Shown one piece after another: positions 41,272 to 53,618 of a stretch of 64,000 nucleotides of DNA. The position numbers and the translations under genes were made by a program. The stretch lies in assembly GCA_051047955.1 (NCBI GenBank), contig JBPGPT010000019.1, positions 186,001-250,000 of the forward strand, given 5' to 3'. This DNA comes from Cystobasidiomycetes sp. EMM_F5 (taxonomy: Eukaryota). The notes under the pieces were generated by a model that worked only from the letters and a program-made list of their open reading frames with translations, did not search any database and had not been told where the DNA came from. The stretch's first letter is position 1; each line of letters begins with the position of its first letter.

Positions 41272-41833
41272 CGTGTGTATGCCTTGATGTTGTTGAATAA
41301 TTACTGCTGCCCTCGCTCACTCCAGCTCACTCTGCCCACATCCGTCGTTGCAGATTGTGCTGATTTCAGGCTCGACGGTGTGCAGACTGAACTGCCGTGG
41401 TTGCAGTGTCCAAGTGTGACCTCTGTTATCCTTTGCACTCTCGCAGTGCTCAGCTGGCAGGCTTTTCCTTTTTTCCTTTTTCCTCTTCCTCGCTCGGTCA
41501 ATAGAATGCAGAGGCGTGCTTGGATGCGGTGCCCCATTCGAATTCCGGGTGAATTATAAGGACATTCAGGAGATTAGCCAGTGTTTACAAGGAGTAGTAA
41601 TGGAGCAGTGTGATGGGTGTAATGAGTGTAATGGAGTATTACAATAGTCTGCAGTAACCCTCAAAGACTTGTATATATTGCATCGACGGCCACGATCATG
41701 GACACGTGCACTTGCACCCATACACACTCCATCCACAATCATCATTCTCCGCACTCTCCTCTCACTTACGCTCACCCTGGCAGCACTCGCACTCACATCC
41801 AGCCTCGCACTCCGATCCCTCCGATCCAAGTCC

Positions 41834-42476
41834 ATGTCGACGTCAACCGCTTCGATATCCCCCTACATCCCCTCTGGCTCGTCGAAAGAGTCGGTGTGGA
41901 AGTATCCCCGTCCACCGGCACTCGAGCGCACATCTCGCCATCTGCGCGTAGTGTCGGTAGACGCAGCGGGCAAGGATGTCATTCTCGCAGACACGCAAAA
42001 CGCCTACAGAGTACTCGAGACGAGCCATCCCCCGACGTACTACATCCCTCCGACCGACTGCAACATGACCATACTCAGAATGAATGCACGCCATACATTC
42101 TGCGAGTGGAAGGGGTCCGCATCCTACTACGATCTAGACGGCGTACAGTCGAGGATATGGACATACACAAACCCGTCCAGCAGGTTCAACGAGATTAAAG
42201 ACTACCTCTCCTTCTACGTCGGGCCCTGGAAGTGCTTTGTCGACGGGGAGGAGGTAAAGGCTCAGCCAGGTGATTTTTATGGAGGATGGATGACGAGCGA
42301 TATCGATGGGGTGAGGTGGCATTGGTCCTCCCTCTGCAGACGCACACTGACAATGCCAATCCAACAGGGCTCGAAAGGCGTAAAAGGCGGACCAGGTGAG
42401 GGCAACGTCGATATACGTCTCGCATCACAGTCAGGCTGAATCATCCTCCTCAATCGCAGGCACATGGGGATGGTAG
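41834..42476 (+). CDS. DUF427 domain protein; 3 exons
   Basis: ESVWKYPRPP; RVLETSHPPTYYIP; TFCEWKGSASYY; QPGDFYGGWMTSDI; spliced end KGGPGTWGW*. Confidence 0.92.
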
Positions 42477-43770
42477 TGTGAAAGCTAAAGTTGAAAGAGG
42501 TGCAAAGAAGATTGCTAAACTATGTACACTAACGCATTGCGCGCGAATTTGGCTGGTTTGACTACGTTGTCGAGCAGTCGGCTGTACATTCCTTGCACAT
42601 GTCAGCAAAGTTGGGACATCTAGCTGCTTGGGTCAGGCTAGCCAGACCAACAGAGTTCACCATCGTGGTATCCTCCGAGCAGGGCTCCCATCGATATGCC
42701 CCTTTCGCTTGACGCGGCGTCGGTTGGCCGATGCAGTATGGCATCTAGTGAATATGTCATCATCCGCCGTCGAAGTCTCTTGACTCAGTTCCGTAGCGGT
42801 ATCGCTCAGTGCATCGCACTGGCGTCGCAGGGCATCCGGCTGCGCAAAGAGGGCCCGGTACTTCCGATGCAGCTGTTTGCGCCTTCCACACCATGAGACT
42901 CTCTCAGACGGCGCCAAATGGCTCTGAAAGATGCCAACTATTCCCAGCACACCGGCCGGAATGGCGATGTTCAGGCAAAAAGGGTATCCTAGGATTGCCT
43001 GCAATTCGTCGAACCGGGGTTCCGCCCAGCTGACATATATGCCTCGCATGTCTGATTTGGCGTGCTCGTCGACGAAGCGAGCGGCCACACCAGCGTCCGC
43101 CCATTCCCAGCGCCAATGAATCGTACTGCCCACTCTGTGTAATAACACTGACACTGACAATTGACACGATGACAAATGACTTTTGTCAGGCCGGATCGCC
43201 TGATAACCTGATGCTAGTCTATCAATGTGTCTGTCAATTGGGTTCAACATTGAACATTTATGACAAGGCTCACAATTTACCAAGACCAGACCCGTGGCTT
43301 GTATATGCCCAGTATCAGTGTTGTAAAGAACTATAGTCGTCAGCCTAAACCCCCCAAGCACAAGACAGCTTGGAGGGGGACGCAATAGGCTCATAACCTG
43401 TGCGTCGAGAAAGAAGGGAAAGAAGAGGCGAGCTCGCTAAGACGTCCTCTTAAATAGTGTGCGTGAAGTACGCAAGCGAGGAATGTGTTAGACAATCGCC
43501 GGAAGATGCCGGGCGCGATAAGGCGTCTGTCGCACGACAATCGCCCACTCAATGATGAGCTGTCCGCGAGACGAGTTAGCCGAGGTCAGACTCTGCGCAC
43601 GAAGACTCGGGAAAGAACGTTGTGAGAAAGCGTTAGACGACAAGCAGAAGCAAAAAATCTCAGCATACAGACGAAGTGGAATGACTGGAAGGTAGAGCAA
43701 AGCATTGTTTTTCAGCCAATAGCAAATAGAGTAAATGACAACCATATAGAAATGCGAAAGCGACACTACA

Positions 43771-46700
43771 TCAATGTCGAGTAGATTGAATTGTCTCCTC
43801 GTCGTCCGCGGCATGTGCCGCATTCTCAGCTCGAGCTTGCTGCGCCTTCCTGAGTCCAGCCAAGAGTGCGTTCTTGGTGGCTTCAGCGAGCGGATCGTTG
43901 AATCTAACGGTAGTAATACTTTCCGCTTGCATCGTAACATCCTGACTGTCTAACAAGCCGGATGGACCATGCAGTTGACTGTCGAAAAGCGCATCACATC
44001 CCCCTTCGCGGCGTGAAAGAAGTCCTTGGCCTAGGAGGCTCAGCCCACCGATGCTTGGCGAGGCTTTACTCAGGCCCCCACCGCCGTTCGCCGATGGACC
44101 AGCAGAACGCTTGAAGACTCGCTGCTTCCGGCTGCCGCTTGTCGCGCCACTCAGGTTGGGAGTGCTCATGTTCTGCTGCTGATAAGGCATCCTCGCGTTA
44201 AGGTGATGCAGAGCCTGGGGCGTAGGTGTGTTATTGTTGGCCTGCATCAAGAGATCCATCTCGGCGAGCAGTTCACGCGAGATAGATGTCGATGTTGGCA
44301 CGCTGCAGGTACTCGAGACAGGTCTTGCAGTCAAGAATTGGTCAGAAGGCGCGTTGTCGCTCCCTATGCTGACAGCAGAGGCAGCCTCCCCACCGGTCAG
44401 CGTACTTGTCGAAGCTCGTGTAGAGAGGTTCGGCGACGTCCTCGGCGATGTTGTCAAAGGCGAACGATCCTTTGGCATATCCGCCTTCTCACCCGAGTGA
44501 AGAAAGCCAGAATCGTCCAGCCGCGTTGAGGCAACCGCAGATTCAGAAGCTGCAGCGCGAAGCTCTCGATGCGGAGACAGATTACGAGGAGACAATGGGG
44601 TGGCTGAAGACGATCTGTGGTGAGGTGGATTGCGAGAGGGAGAAGCTGGCATGGCGCGAAATGAAAGGGGAGTAGAGTAGCGCTGCGGAGAGGTGTGATT
44701 GCCTGCAGGATGACTGGCTGCGCGTAGTTGAGTCTTGTAACCAGATACTTTATCGCTGGAGAAGGAGCTACATGTTGCAGAGCCACTTGATGACGATCCA
44801 AGGCTGAGCTGCAGGCTTCGTTTGTCGTCCATGGTATGCTTGTACAATTGTTCGGGCACACGTATTCCTTCTTTCGCGCAATCGAGCAGCCATTGAGGAT
44901 GCACGATGTGCATCTTCTTTTCCACAGCAATTTTGAACTCTTTGATAGGTTCTTTCGTCCGCTTAGACTGCAGTATAAAATGAGTAGCTTTCGATTCTTC
45001 GGTCAAGGAGTAGGCAAGGCGGGCGCCAAGTTTCTCAGCATTTTGTGATAGTTGGTATCGATTCTGTTCGATGACGTGTATCAGCGTCCGTCACAAGTAG
45101 GACGATTTGAAAGCAAGCCGCTCACTTCCACTTTGCTGTAGATGCAAATGACACATCCTTTCAGCGGTCCTACTTCGCTCGACTCGAGCTGAAGCTGCTT
45201 CTCAATCCCCTCATCCTGATTGTCTGTCGGTTCCGGGGCTGTGGAACAGTCTAGCATGTCTATGTCGAGATTGTACGCTGGCTGCGGAGGTGCTGGCTGC
45301 ACAAATCGCCCGACATTTTGCAGTAGCGGCACAATAGGAGCAGCAGCTACAGCCGGACTGGACTCCACCAATTGTTTCAGCCAAGAGGGGAATACGACCT
45401 TGATACCCCATGCTTGGGCAACACCGAGTCGTCGACTAGTATAATACGTATCAGGAACGAGCAGATGTGTAGTCTTGCCTTTGTAGATCGATGTACCGGC
45501 CGCCAGACCTATCGCCTTGCAAAACTTTTCGACTAGCATTCGTGCAGTCTCGTCAAAGCCTGCATAGCATGCCGAAAACGCCTCGATGCCTTTTGAATGA
45601 AGATCAGCTCGTGAACGGCAAATTTGCAGCCTTGTCCCACCTTGAATCGGAAGCTGCAGCCGTACAGGCTGTTTCATCCAGAATATTGGATCATCAAAGG
45701 AGACTAGCTCATCCGCGCACAGACATCTTTCGAGCCAGGAATCTGTTACGATCCGCTCGTCTGCAACATCGTATTCTGGCTTGTGTGCACTGCATCAAAG
45801 CGTTCAGATGTATGCCTGTAACATAGTTTGCGGCATTCGACTCACGCGATGGTTTTACAGACAACCCAATCAACATCCGGCCCGTCTGTATCAGCGACCG
45901 ATCCGCCACGCTCTTCTATATGGCCACGGATAACCGCAAGCCTAGAGCTAGCTAAGCCCGGAAAGACGAGCAGCAACTTTCGACCTTCAAATATCCGCGA
46001 GGGAGCAGCACTTGCTCCATCCGAGCTGGGAATCGGAGGTAGCCTTTCCGGCTTCGGCTCGGCTGATATCAGACTAGCTGGGAACTCTGAAGCACTGTAT
46101 CCTGAACCAGACGATATCGATCTTGACATGTTGACAGAGATTGGTGTTACGAGATTTGATCCCAACGCAAATTTAGAAGAGCGGTCTTTGCTCATTTTCG
46201 TCAGGAGGGATGTAGACGTCGTGGTTGAAGCTATCGCTGAATCAATTGCGGCGGGCAAATGTGTATCGGCATGCGGTTTGAGCACTGCTTTGCCCTTGTC
46301 ATGTTTGAGACTGTTCGTTCCCGACTCGTTGAATGGCAGATCCTTAGACAAAGGCAAAGCGGGCGAAAGAAGGTCATTCAAGGCTCTGATTTCCAGCTGA
46401 GCCGAAGAGCGCGCTTTTCCGAGCGGAGGTCGACTGCTGATCGTCGAGGTTGGGGCAAGACTACGAGCTCTCTCTTTCCGCATAGCCACCGGTTCGGGGG
46501 CGTCATCGTCAGCATTTCCTGCTTCCCCTGATCTGGATACTTTGACTACGCTCGTCGATGCGTCCAAGCGACTGTGTTTGCTAACAGACTGCAAGTCATC
46601 ATTGGTATTTTCCCGTTCGCGCTTCCTTGTCGACATTTCCATAAATTCAGGAAAGATGGCAGAATCGTCTCGACCAATCTTGGAGGAGCCAGTCTTGCGC

Positions 46701-47922
46701 TGCAGATGCGGTAAGTTTGATATCCGGTCCATGACATCCATCGTACGCTGTACACGATTTGGGGGAAGTAAGTCTCTCTCCGCTACGAGTTGCACGTCGT
46801 ATGTCTCTTCGCGCAATCTTCCATAGACGACCAGTGACGTCTCGAGCCAATCCGACCAAACAATGTGGATGGGCGGTAGATGCGATTCTGCTGGCACATC
46901 TCCAGGACCGGCAGATTTCGACAAGCGCGCTTTTGCAATTCGATTGCGATTAATCTTGGTTGCCGAAGTGAATTTGCCGTTGTCTTCTACATCATTGATG
47001 GAGGAATACTTTGGTCCGACGACGAGATGCGTTACGGTGTGATCCAAGGAAGGAGAGTAGTCTGCACCACCTGCAGTGGCAATCGTTTCTCGTAATCGTG
47101 CGCCTTGCTCGGATGATGTATCATACCCTGTCAGACAGATGCACAGACCGTGAAGAGGCGGGAGGCGCTCTTCGTCGGAAAGCTGTAGTGTACTTCACAT
47201 CAGTCATTCGAGTTTGAAATGGCTTCCGAAAAGCCTCACTGTATGCATATCAATTTCCGACTCGGCATTGATCCATGCTTCGTGTAAGCGTGACAGAAAG
47301 GTAGATCGTAGTACTGGAATACGATTCTCGATGGCAGCCTGTCGAAAACAGCAGATGCTTAGCCAGTTTGTGTGAACATTGCCAGGACGTAACAAGACAA
47401 ACATGGTATTTATCGCCTGTAGCACTGTCGGCAATGAGGAGAGTCGTGTCCAAGCGAAGAGACGTAACGAACTGTGCTCCGAGAGCAGTGCATATTCGAC
47501 GGACATCCTCCTGTCGCAGCAGGTGGTCAGCTTGTGATATCTCGACAGAACGGCAGCTTGCATCGACGTACTTTATTGATGCCCAGTCTCCCAGTCGTGC
47601 ACACCAACACACCCTCCAGCGGACGCTTCTCTGTCGCAGTCTCGTTGTATGTCCGGTCAACCTGCTTGCCCTTCGAGTTCAAACCAAAGTCGGCATCCTC
47701 GTCGTCGTCGTCTTCAAACTCAGTACGCGGTATGACTGGCGGGTTGTTGACATCGTAGCCCTTTCGACGCGGCTTTGCTCGTTCTGCCTCAGCTGGAGCT
47801 GGTCGGAGCTGGAGTCTCTTCGTAAACAAATACTCATTTCCCAGTCGCAGATACAACCAGGACCCCCGCACCTTTACATTGGCAGGCTTGGTGCTGCCCT
47901 TTCCAGGCCTTCGCATTGCCAT
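43771..47922 (-). CDS. DPB11: Multi-BRCT replication/checkpoint scaffold Dpb11/Rad4/TopBP1
   Basis: MAMRRPGKGSTKPANVK; BRCT repeats PLEGVLVCTTG, VTHLVVG..IVWSDWLE, IFEGRKL..IVTDSWLERC, TTHLLV..VVFPSWL, PLKGCVICI, ATHFIL..IVHPQWLLDC. Confidence 0.85.
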
Positions 47923-48270
47923 ACTGACATGTGGTGCATCAAGTGACTGCAGAGCTGGCAAGATTTAAAGATTTGAATATTATTGTCAATAATGTCGGGC
48001 TCCGATCATTCAATCAATCTACGCGTCGCGTGGCATGCCAATGACGAGAAGTGCATGAGCGCATGAAGTATTGCATTGCATTCGATGCAGAAGTTACACA
48101 TACAACAATAACGAGCAGCTGCACGAATTCTACCGGGAACCAGAAAAGAAAGCGAGTAGTGAAGACGACGACAAGGAAGATAAGACAAGACTGAGTCGAG
48201 AGAATCTATTGATACATCGGATTGAGGTGGTGGAGTGTTGAAGATGGGACGGCGATAATCTTTAATGGCA

Positions 48271-50018
48271 TCAACGGCGAAGAGTCTTTCCAGAAGTCTT
48301 CTTTTTGGTAGAGGTGTTGGATTTATTAGCCTTTCGGACTGAGGCTTTCCGCTTGCTCGCCGGAGGATAGGAGACGACGCTGCGTGCCGCTCGAGACTCT
48401 GATTGGTCATCGTCGTTGTGACGCGCCGCCATGCTACCACTACTGGCATCATGAGTGGTGGATCCGGCAGCCTTCTTGCGCCTCTCCTCCGCCTCGATGA
48501 CTCTCCTGGCTCCCCAGCCCTCTGCCCATATCTTGACGGGGTGCGCTGGCACAGGTCTCTTTGCGGGATCTGTGATCAAGCGATCTTCATCGCTGACTCT
48601 CAGGCCATGCAACTCGATGAAGTGATGGACTTTGTCCGCGAATTGACCAAAGCTGGCCAGAGAGACCCAGTCTTCGTGGTCGCTGAGAATGTACTCATAC
48701 GGACGACAGCCGTACTGACGAAATTTCTTTGCCAACGAAGCATTGGCGGCGATCTGAGGAATCCAGAGCGGTACCTGCTCGCAGGTATAGTACCACTAAT
48801 GCCAGCCGAATCGTCGGAATCAACACGATTTTCGACGCATATACAAGTGGTTGTAGCGGACTCACGCGGATTTTGAGGAACCCAATCTTGTCGTTTGTCC
48901 TGGAATCTTTTATGTAACAGCAGTCGATGATACGGGCGGGCCACCACCGATCTCTATCAAGCTCGTTCGGTCCCGCATCGATTTCATCCTGAGTGACATG
49001 GTCAGGGTCAGGCAGAAGGTAGATTACGTCGTCTACTGTGAAGTCGATGGAGACTATGTGTTTCGGTTGGTCGACCTCAAATTTGAACCTTTCTGATGAG
49101 ACGATTTTGGCTAGATCCCGCTTCGTCTTGATAGGCGAGTCTTCTGCCTCCCAGTCAATCTAAGTCATCGTCAGGCATGCCGTGCACGATTCCCAGAAGT
49201 TTTCCGTACTTACTATAGTGCTTCCTCCGCCTCCACACGAGATGACTGACAGAACGTCTTCCGAAATCGACCCAGATGATGTCTTCTTTCTCCACTTCAC
49301 CCGGTCATCAACGATCCTAAGTAACCTGCGTCCTTTCCCTTTTGCCTTTCCCTTTCCTTGCCCCTCAATATTGTCCTCATCTTCATCGCTCCCACGTTCT
49401 TTACTTTTATCTTTACCTTTACCTTTACCTTTGCCCTTCCCCTTTCCCTTATCCTCGCCTTGAATCTGTTTCATCGTCTTCTTCGTCTGCCGTTCACCCC
49501 CAATTGGGGATACTACATCCTCCTCATCGTGCGCCCTTCGAAGAGAGTAGGATACACGGTCATCATCATCTTCTTCCTCCTCGCTCAGAGTGTCGTGGTT
49601 TCGAGAGCGCTTGGAACGATTTCTAGATGCAGGCTGTTTGGCGGGATGAGATGCAGTAGTTCGAGACGGCCCATCGACGTGCTCATTGTCATTGAGGGAA
49701 GCTACAGGATATTGCTGACTGTATGCAGCGTTGTTCAAGGAGTCTGTAGTGAGAAACATGAATTAGCGTATAGTCACATCCCATCAGACTTGTGGTTCGG
49801 GCCAGAGACGCACCTAGACCAGCTTGTAGCTTTCGAAGGTCATTATCGTCTTCGACGCTGTTATCATCTTGGCTACCCTCCGTATCTTCATCGTCTGGCT
49901 GCTGTCCGTCGTTGCGCAAGTGACGGGGGGCCTGTGCAGTCTTGCGGGCTGTTCTTGGACCACTCCCGCTTGCCCGAAGGCTGCGAGTCGTTGTAGGCGT
50001 GTTCCTAGTGATTGCCAT
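48271..50018 (-). CDS. BAH-like domain protein with an H3-tail-like N-terminus, copy A (intact, 517 aa, 4 exons)
   Basis: Exons 49814-50018, 49214-49743, 48866-49159 and 48271-48795 total 1554 nt and are open. BAH-like motifs FTVDDVIYLLPD..RWWPARII..FLKIRWYYTCE..YEYILSDHEDWVSLASF..DKVHHF. Confidence 0.8.
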
Positions 50019-50406
50019 ATCTTCAGAGTAAATCTAAATGGCAATTCCGACACAGTCTGCTATCTTTATGGAAATCTTGTCTGACGAGCTCGAGTCGAAG
50101 ACGGAGGCTGCTTTTGTGCAGGACAACCGGGCGATGCAGGCTACGAGGCAGTCCAGGGACGATGAGGTATGCAGATTTGTAGGACAGGTAAGTGTTGTGT
50201 ATGCTGCCGAGGTGTTGGTAGGAGAGAGTCGGTGAAGCAGCGTCACTTCTGAAAGTGATATTGCATAAACGGAAGTACGAGCACAACCGCCGGGCAAGCA
50301 GGTCGGCAGGATATGAGCAGAGCAGCATTAGGAATTGGGTATGAGATTGCAAGGAACATTTCTAACAAACAACGTAGTCGACTGCTACAAACAGACTCAT
50401 CTGGCG

Positions 50407-52052
50407 TCAGAAAAGCGGAGACAATGACAAGTTGGGAAAGACAGTCTCCCTCAATTTCGGAGGAGATTGCGAAAATTCTTCTATCTCTTGGTGGTCGCCT
50501 CGGAGGTGGAATGAACAATCTTGCGCTTCGATGCTGAACCCCGATGAATTGCAGGAGGATGGCATTCGACACTTCTCGGGAAAAACGTTTCTGCACGGTC
50601 TTCTGCAATGATAACTCAACGAATTGATGCTTCCGTTGTTGTCATGGCAGGTCGAAGATTCGGATTCTGCGCGAGCACAGGCGTTCAGGCGTGCCTCTTC
50701 CGCCTGTTGCTCCGCTCTAGCCTCGTAAGCTCTCTTCTCCCACCCGTCTGCCCAGATTTTGTTAGGACGCGATGGTTTGGGACGCTGAGAAGGGTCCTCG
50801 ATAAGGCGATCTTCATCGCTTACGCGCAGACCATGCAGTGCCACAAAGTGATGCACCTTGTCCGCAAAAGCTCCAAAGCTCGATAAGGGAATCCAATCCT
50901 CGTGGTCTGTCAAGATGTACTCGTATGGCCTGCACTCGTACTCTCGGAGTCTCTTGGCTAGGGAAGCATTCTTTGCAATCTGAGGGACCCTCTGCAAAGC
51001 CTCCTCGCAGGTGTAGAACCACTGTTGTGTAGAAGATGGATCAGTATGCAGACCAGGACTCCACATCGAGTGATGAACATCTGACAGACTCACGCGAACC
51101 TTCAAGAAGCCAATTTTCTCCTCATTTTGGGTGATGAAACAGCACTCGACAATCTTTGCGGGCCACCATCGGTTTCTGTCAAGCGCGCTCGGACCTGCCT
51201 CAAGCTCCTCTTGCGTAAGGCTCTCAGAGTCGGGCAATACGTAAATGACATCCTCTGTCTTGAACTGGACGGTGATCATGTAATTTCCTCTCTCGCTTTC
51301 AAAATTGACGCGATCCAGTGCTATGGTCTTGCCTAGATCTTCCTTTGTCTTGACGGGTGATTCGTCCGCTTCCCATCCATTCTGATGCGACCTTTAGCAT
51401 AGCTTGAGCGCCTTCTGTGCAAATAATATCCGTACTTACCGCCAGAATGCCACCGTCGTCATCCGAAACCACGGACAACACCTCGTCATCTACGGTCCCA
51501 TCTTGTTTGATCCTTCTCCCACCGTGTCCGGTCGTCATGGATTCTTATTTTTCTTCTTCTGTTTCTTCGGCCATTGGCTCTATCCTTTACTCTTCTCTCG
51601 TCTGCTCTTGCACCCTTACTATCACTCTCACCCGCTCCGTTGTCCTGTCCATGGAGATTGCCTTGGTTTTGAGATGGTTCGATGGTATGGTCAGAATCAA
51701 TACTGTTTGATGGAGGGGCTTGTCCAATGTATGTGTGGCCGCTATCAGAGTCTTCGAACAGTGGTATCAGAGTGGAGCATTGCGCCATCATCAGAATTTT
51801 GAAGTATGCACTCAAAGCAGATGGCAGCTCGTTACCATCGTTCACAGGCTCGACTTGAGCCATTTCGTCAACCTCGCTATCCTTGACTTCTTGCTCATGC
51901 TTGAATCCGGAACCACGGAGATGCGGACGGGCCTGTGCGCTTTTGCGTGCAACTTTGAATTCGGCGCCATTCGGTCTCGCGGCGCTTGTACTGACACTCC
52001 CACGAGCGCGACGTTTCAGGGATGCTTTGCGTGTTTGTTTAGTCCAAGCCAT
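50407..52052 (-). pseudogene. Tandem paralog (copy B) of the H3-tail/BAH gene with a +1 frameshift near 51519; pseudogene or assembly error
   Basis: MAWTKQTRKAS..VARKSAQA; three introns at positions matching copy A (51752-51835, 51382-51439, 51022-51093); FKTEDVIYVLPD..RWWPAKIV..FLKVRWFYTCE..YEYILTDHEDWIPLSSF; homology to copy A switches frame at TGGGAG. Confidence 0.75.
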
Positions 52053-52258
52053 GGCTTGAGTTGAACGCGGCTGTATCGCAACTTTTGTATTGAGCGGTCT
52101 TGAGAACCTTGTCAGACGAGCTTGAATCAAAGATGGACCTCTTCGTTGCGCGACCAGCAACTCAGGCTACAAGTCAGTCCAGAGATGATGAGCTATGCGC
52201 ATTTGATGGACAGGTGAGTGATTGTGTCCTGTCGAGGTGTGATTGTTGGCAAGTCAGT

Positions 52259-52282
52259 GCGTCAGCGTCAGCGTCAGCGTCA
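52259..52282. repeat. (GCGTCA)4 microsatellite upstream of copy B
   Basis: gcgtcagcgtcagcgtcagcgtca read directly. Confidence 0.9.
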
Positions 52283-52440
52283 GACCTGGACGGAGGGTCC
52301 AAGCGCAATCGTCTTGCAAGTAGATGTCTGAAAGATTATTAATTAGGGTCTTCTTTGATGTCGGTCTATGACTTGGTGTACTGTCAACGCGCTACAGATT
52401 GGCTCTGCGTCCGTCGCATACTTCTCCGCTTTTCGCCAGC

Positions 52441-53373
52441 TCACCACACGCTAATCTCCCCGTCCGCTGTACTGTGAATACTCTGATTCTCCCAAAACTC
52501 TCCCGTCGCATTCTTGATGTCTCCTACAGCCAGTCTGACTGGAATCTTCCCACCATCATCGAGCGACTTTTCCGGCTGTCCCAAGATTTTACCCATATCC
52601 GAGTCGACCCATCCTGGGCAGCAGCAGTTGATGAAGTAATCCTTGTTCTCTGTTGCTAGCGCCTTTGTCAGAGCTACCACGAATCCTTTACTGATGTTGT
52701 AGGGTGACTTGACAAAGCCCGCTTTCGCCTCTTCTCCTTTTTCAAGAAGCGATTCGTAGTGGGTTAGGAGGTTGCGGTACTCCTTCATCGACGTAGCCGC
52801 CTTGTGGAACTGATCCTGCACATGCTGTGGGTAGATTTTGAGATGTCCCGCAACGCTGGCTACATTGACGATTCGACCGCCTTTACGGATGAGTGGCAGA
52901 AACGCATGGCACATCTTTTTGGAACATCAGCCTGGATAACCACGACGATGTTTTGGACTTGCATTCTCTGTTCCATACAGGTTAACGGCCAGAGTCTGCT
53001 TGACCGATTCTTTGCTGTACTTTCTGTCGTGGTCGATGTTGATGCCGGCATTGTTGATGATGGCCTCGACTCCGCCTTTTCCGTGCTTCTTCTCCACGCT
53101 CGCAGCAAACTCCTTTACATCGTCCGCTGAGCTGACATCCAGCTTCACAGGATGCACCTTGCTGGACGATCCATTCGACGGAGATGGAAGATCGTTCCCG
53201 GATGTCGATGTCAGGTAGAGGGTGTACGCTTGCTTGGAAGAAGTGAGAAGGTGAGCTATGCCCAATCCGACTCCTCGATTCTGCAGAAGCAACAGGTCAG
53301 GACAAGCTCTCGATGATCTCGCTCCAACTACTCTTACCGCTCCGGTGACCACGATGACGGGTGATACTGCCAT
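52441..53373 (-). CDS. Short-chain dehydrogenase/reductase (carbonyl reductase-like); 3 exons
   Basis: VVTGA|NRGVGLGIA (TGxxxGxG); IINNAGI; GRIVNVASVAG; YNISK (YxxxK); INCCCPGWVDSDMG. Confidence 0.93.
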
Positions 53374-53618
53374 GCTTCGACTGAAATGTCAGGAATCCAA
53401 AGTGCTTTTATAGAAGCTTCTCCTCTGTGCTGGGCTCCCTCGATGCTCATTGAAGAATGACGCTCACCTCTGTGTGCCTGGATTATGTAAGCCAATCACA
53501 CACGTGACCGACGCGTACCAACTTGTTTACTGCTTTTTCGCGCAGGCTGGAATCAGACGACGAGCAAGGAAACCATGGCTGGATTCTGAACATATCATCA
53601 GCTGATACTGTACCACAA

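Noticed and set aside
41669..41833. N-terminal signal-like extension of the DUF427 ORF
   Set aside because: Non-ATG start and low-complexity CACTC-rich leader; family similarity begins after ATG 41834.
43350..43379. Short GC-rich hairpin CCCCCAAGC..GCTTGGAGGGGG
   Set aside because: An imperfect 9-bp stem is expected by chance, and there are no ncRNA hallmarks.
48271..52052. Histone H3 variant or CENP-A genes
   Set aside because: Only tail-like motifs are present; no histone-fold sequence follows.
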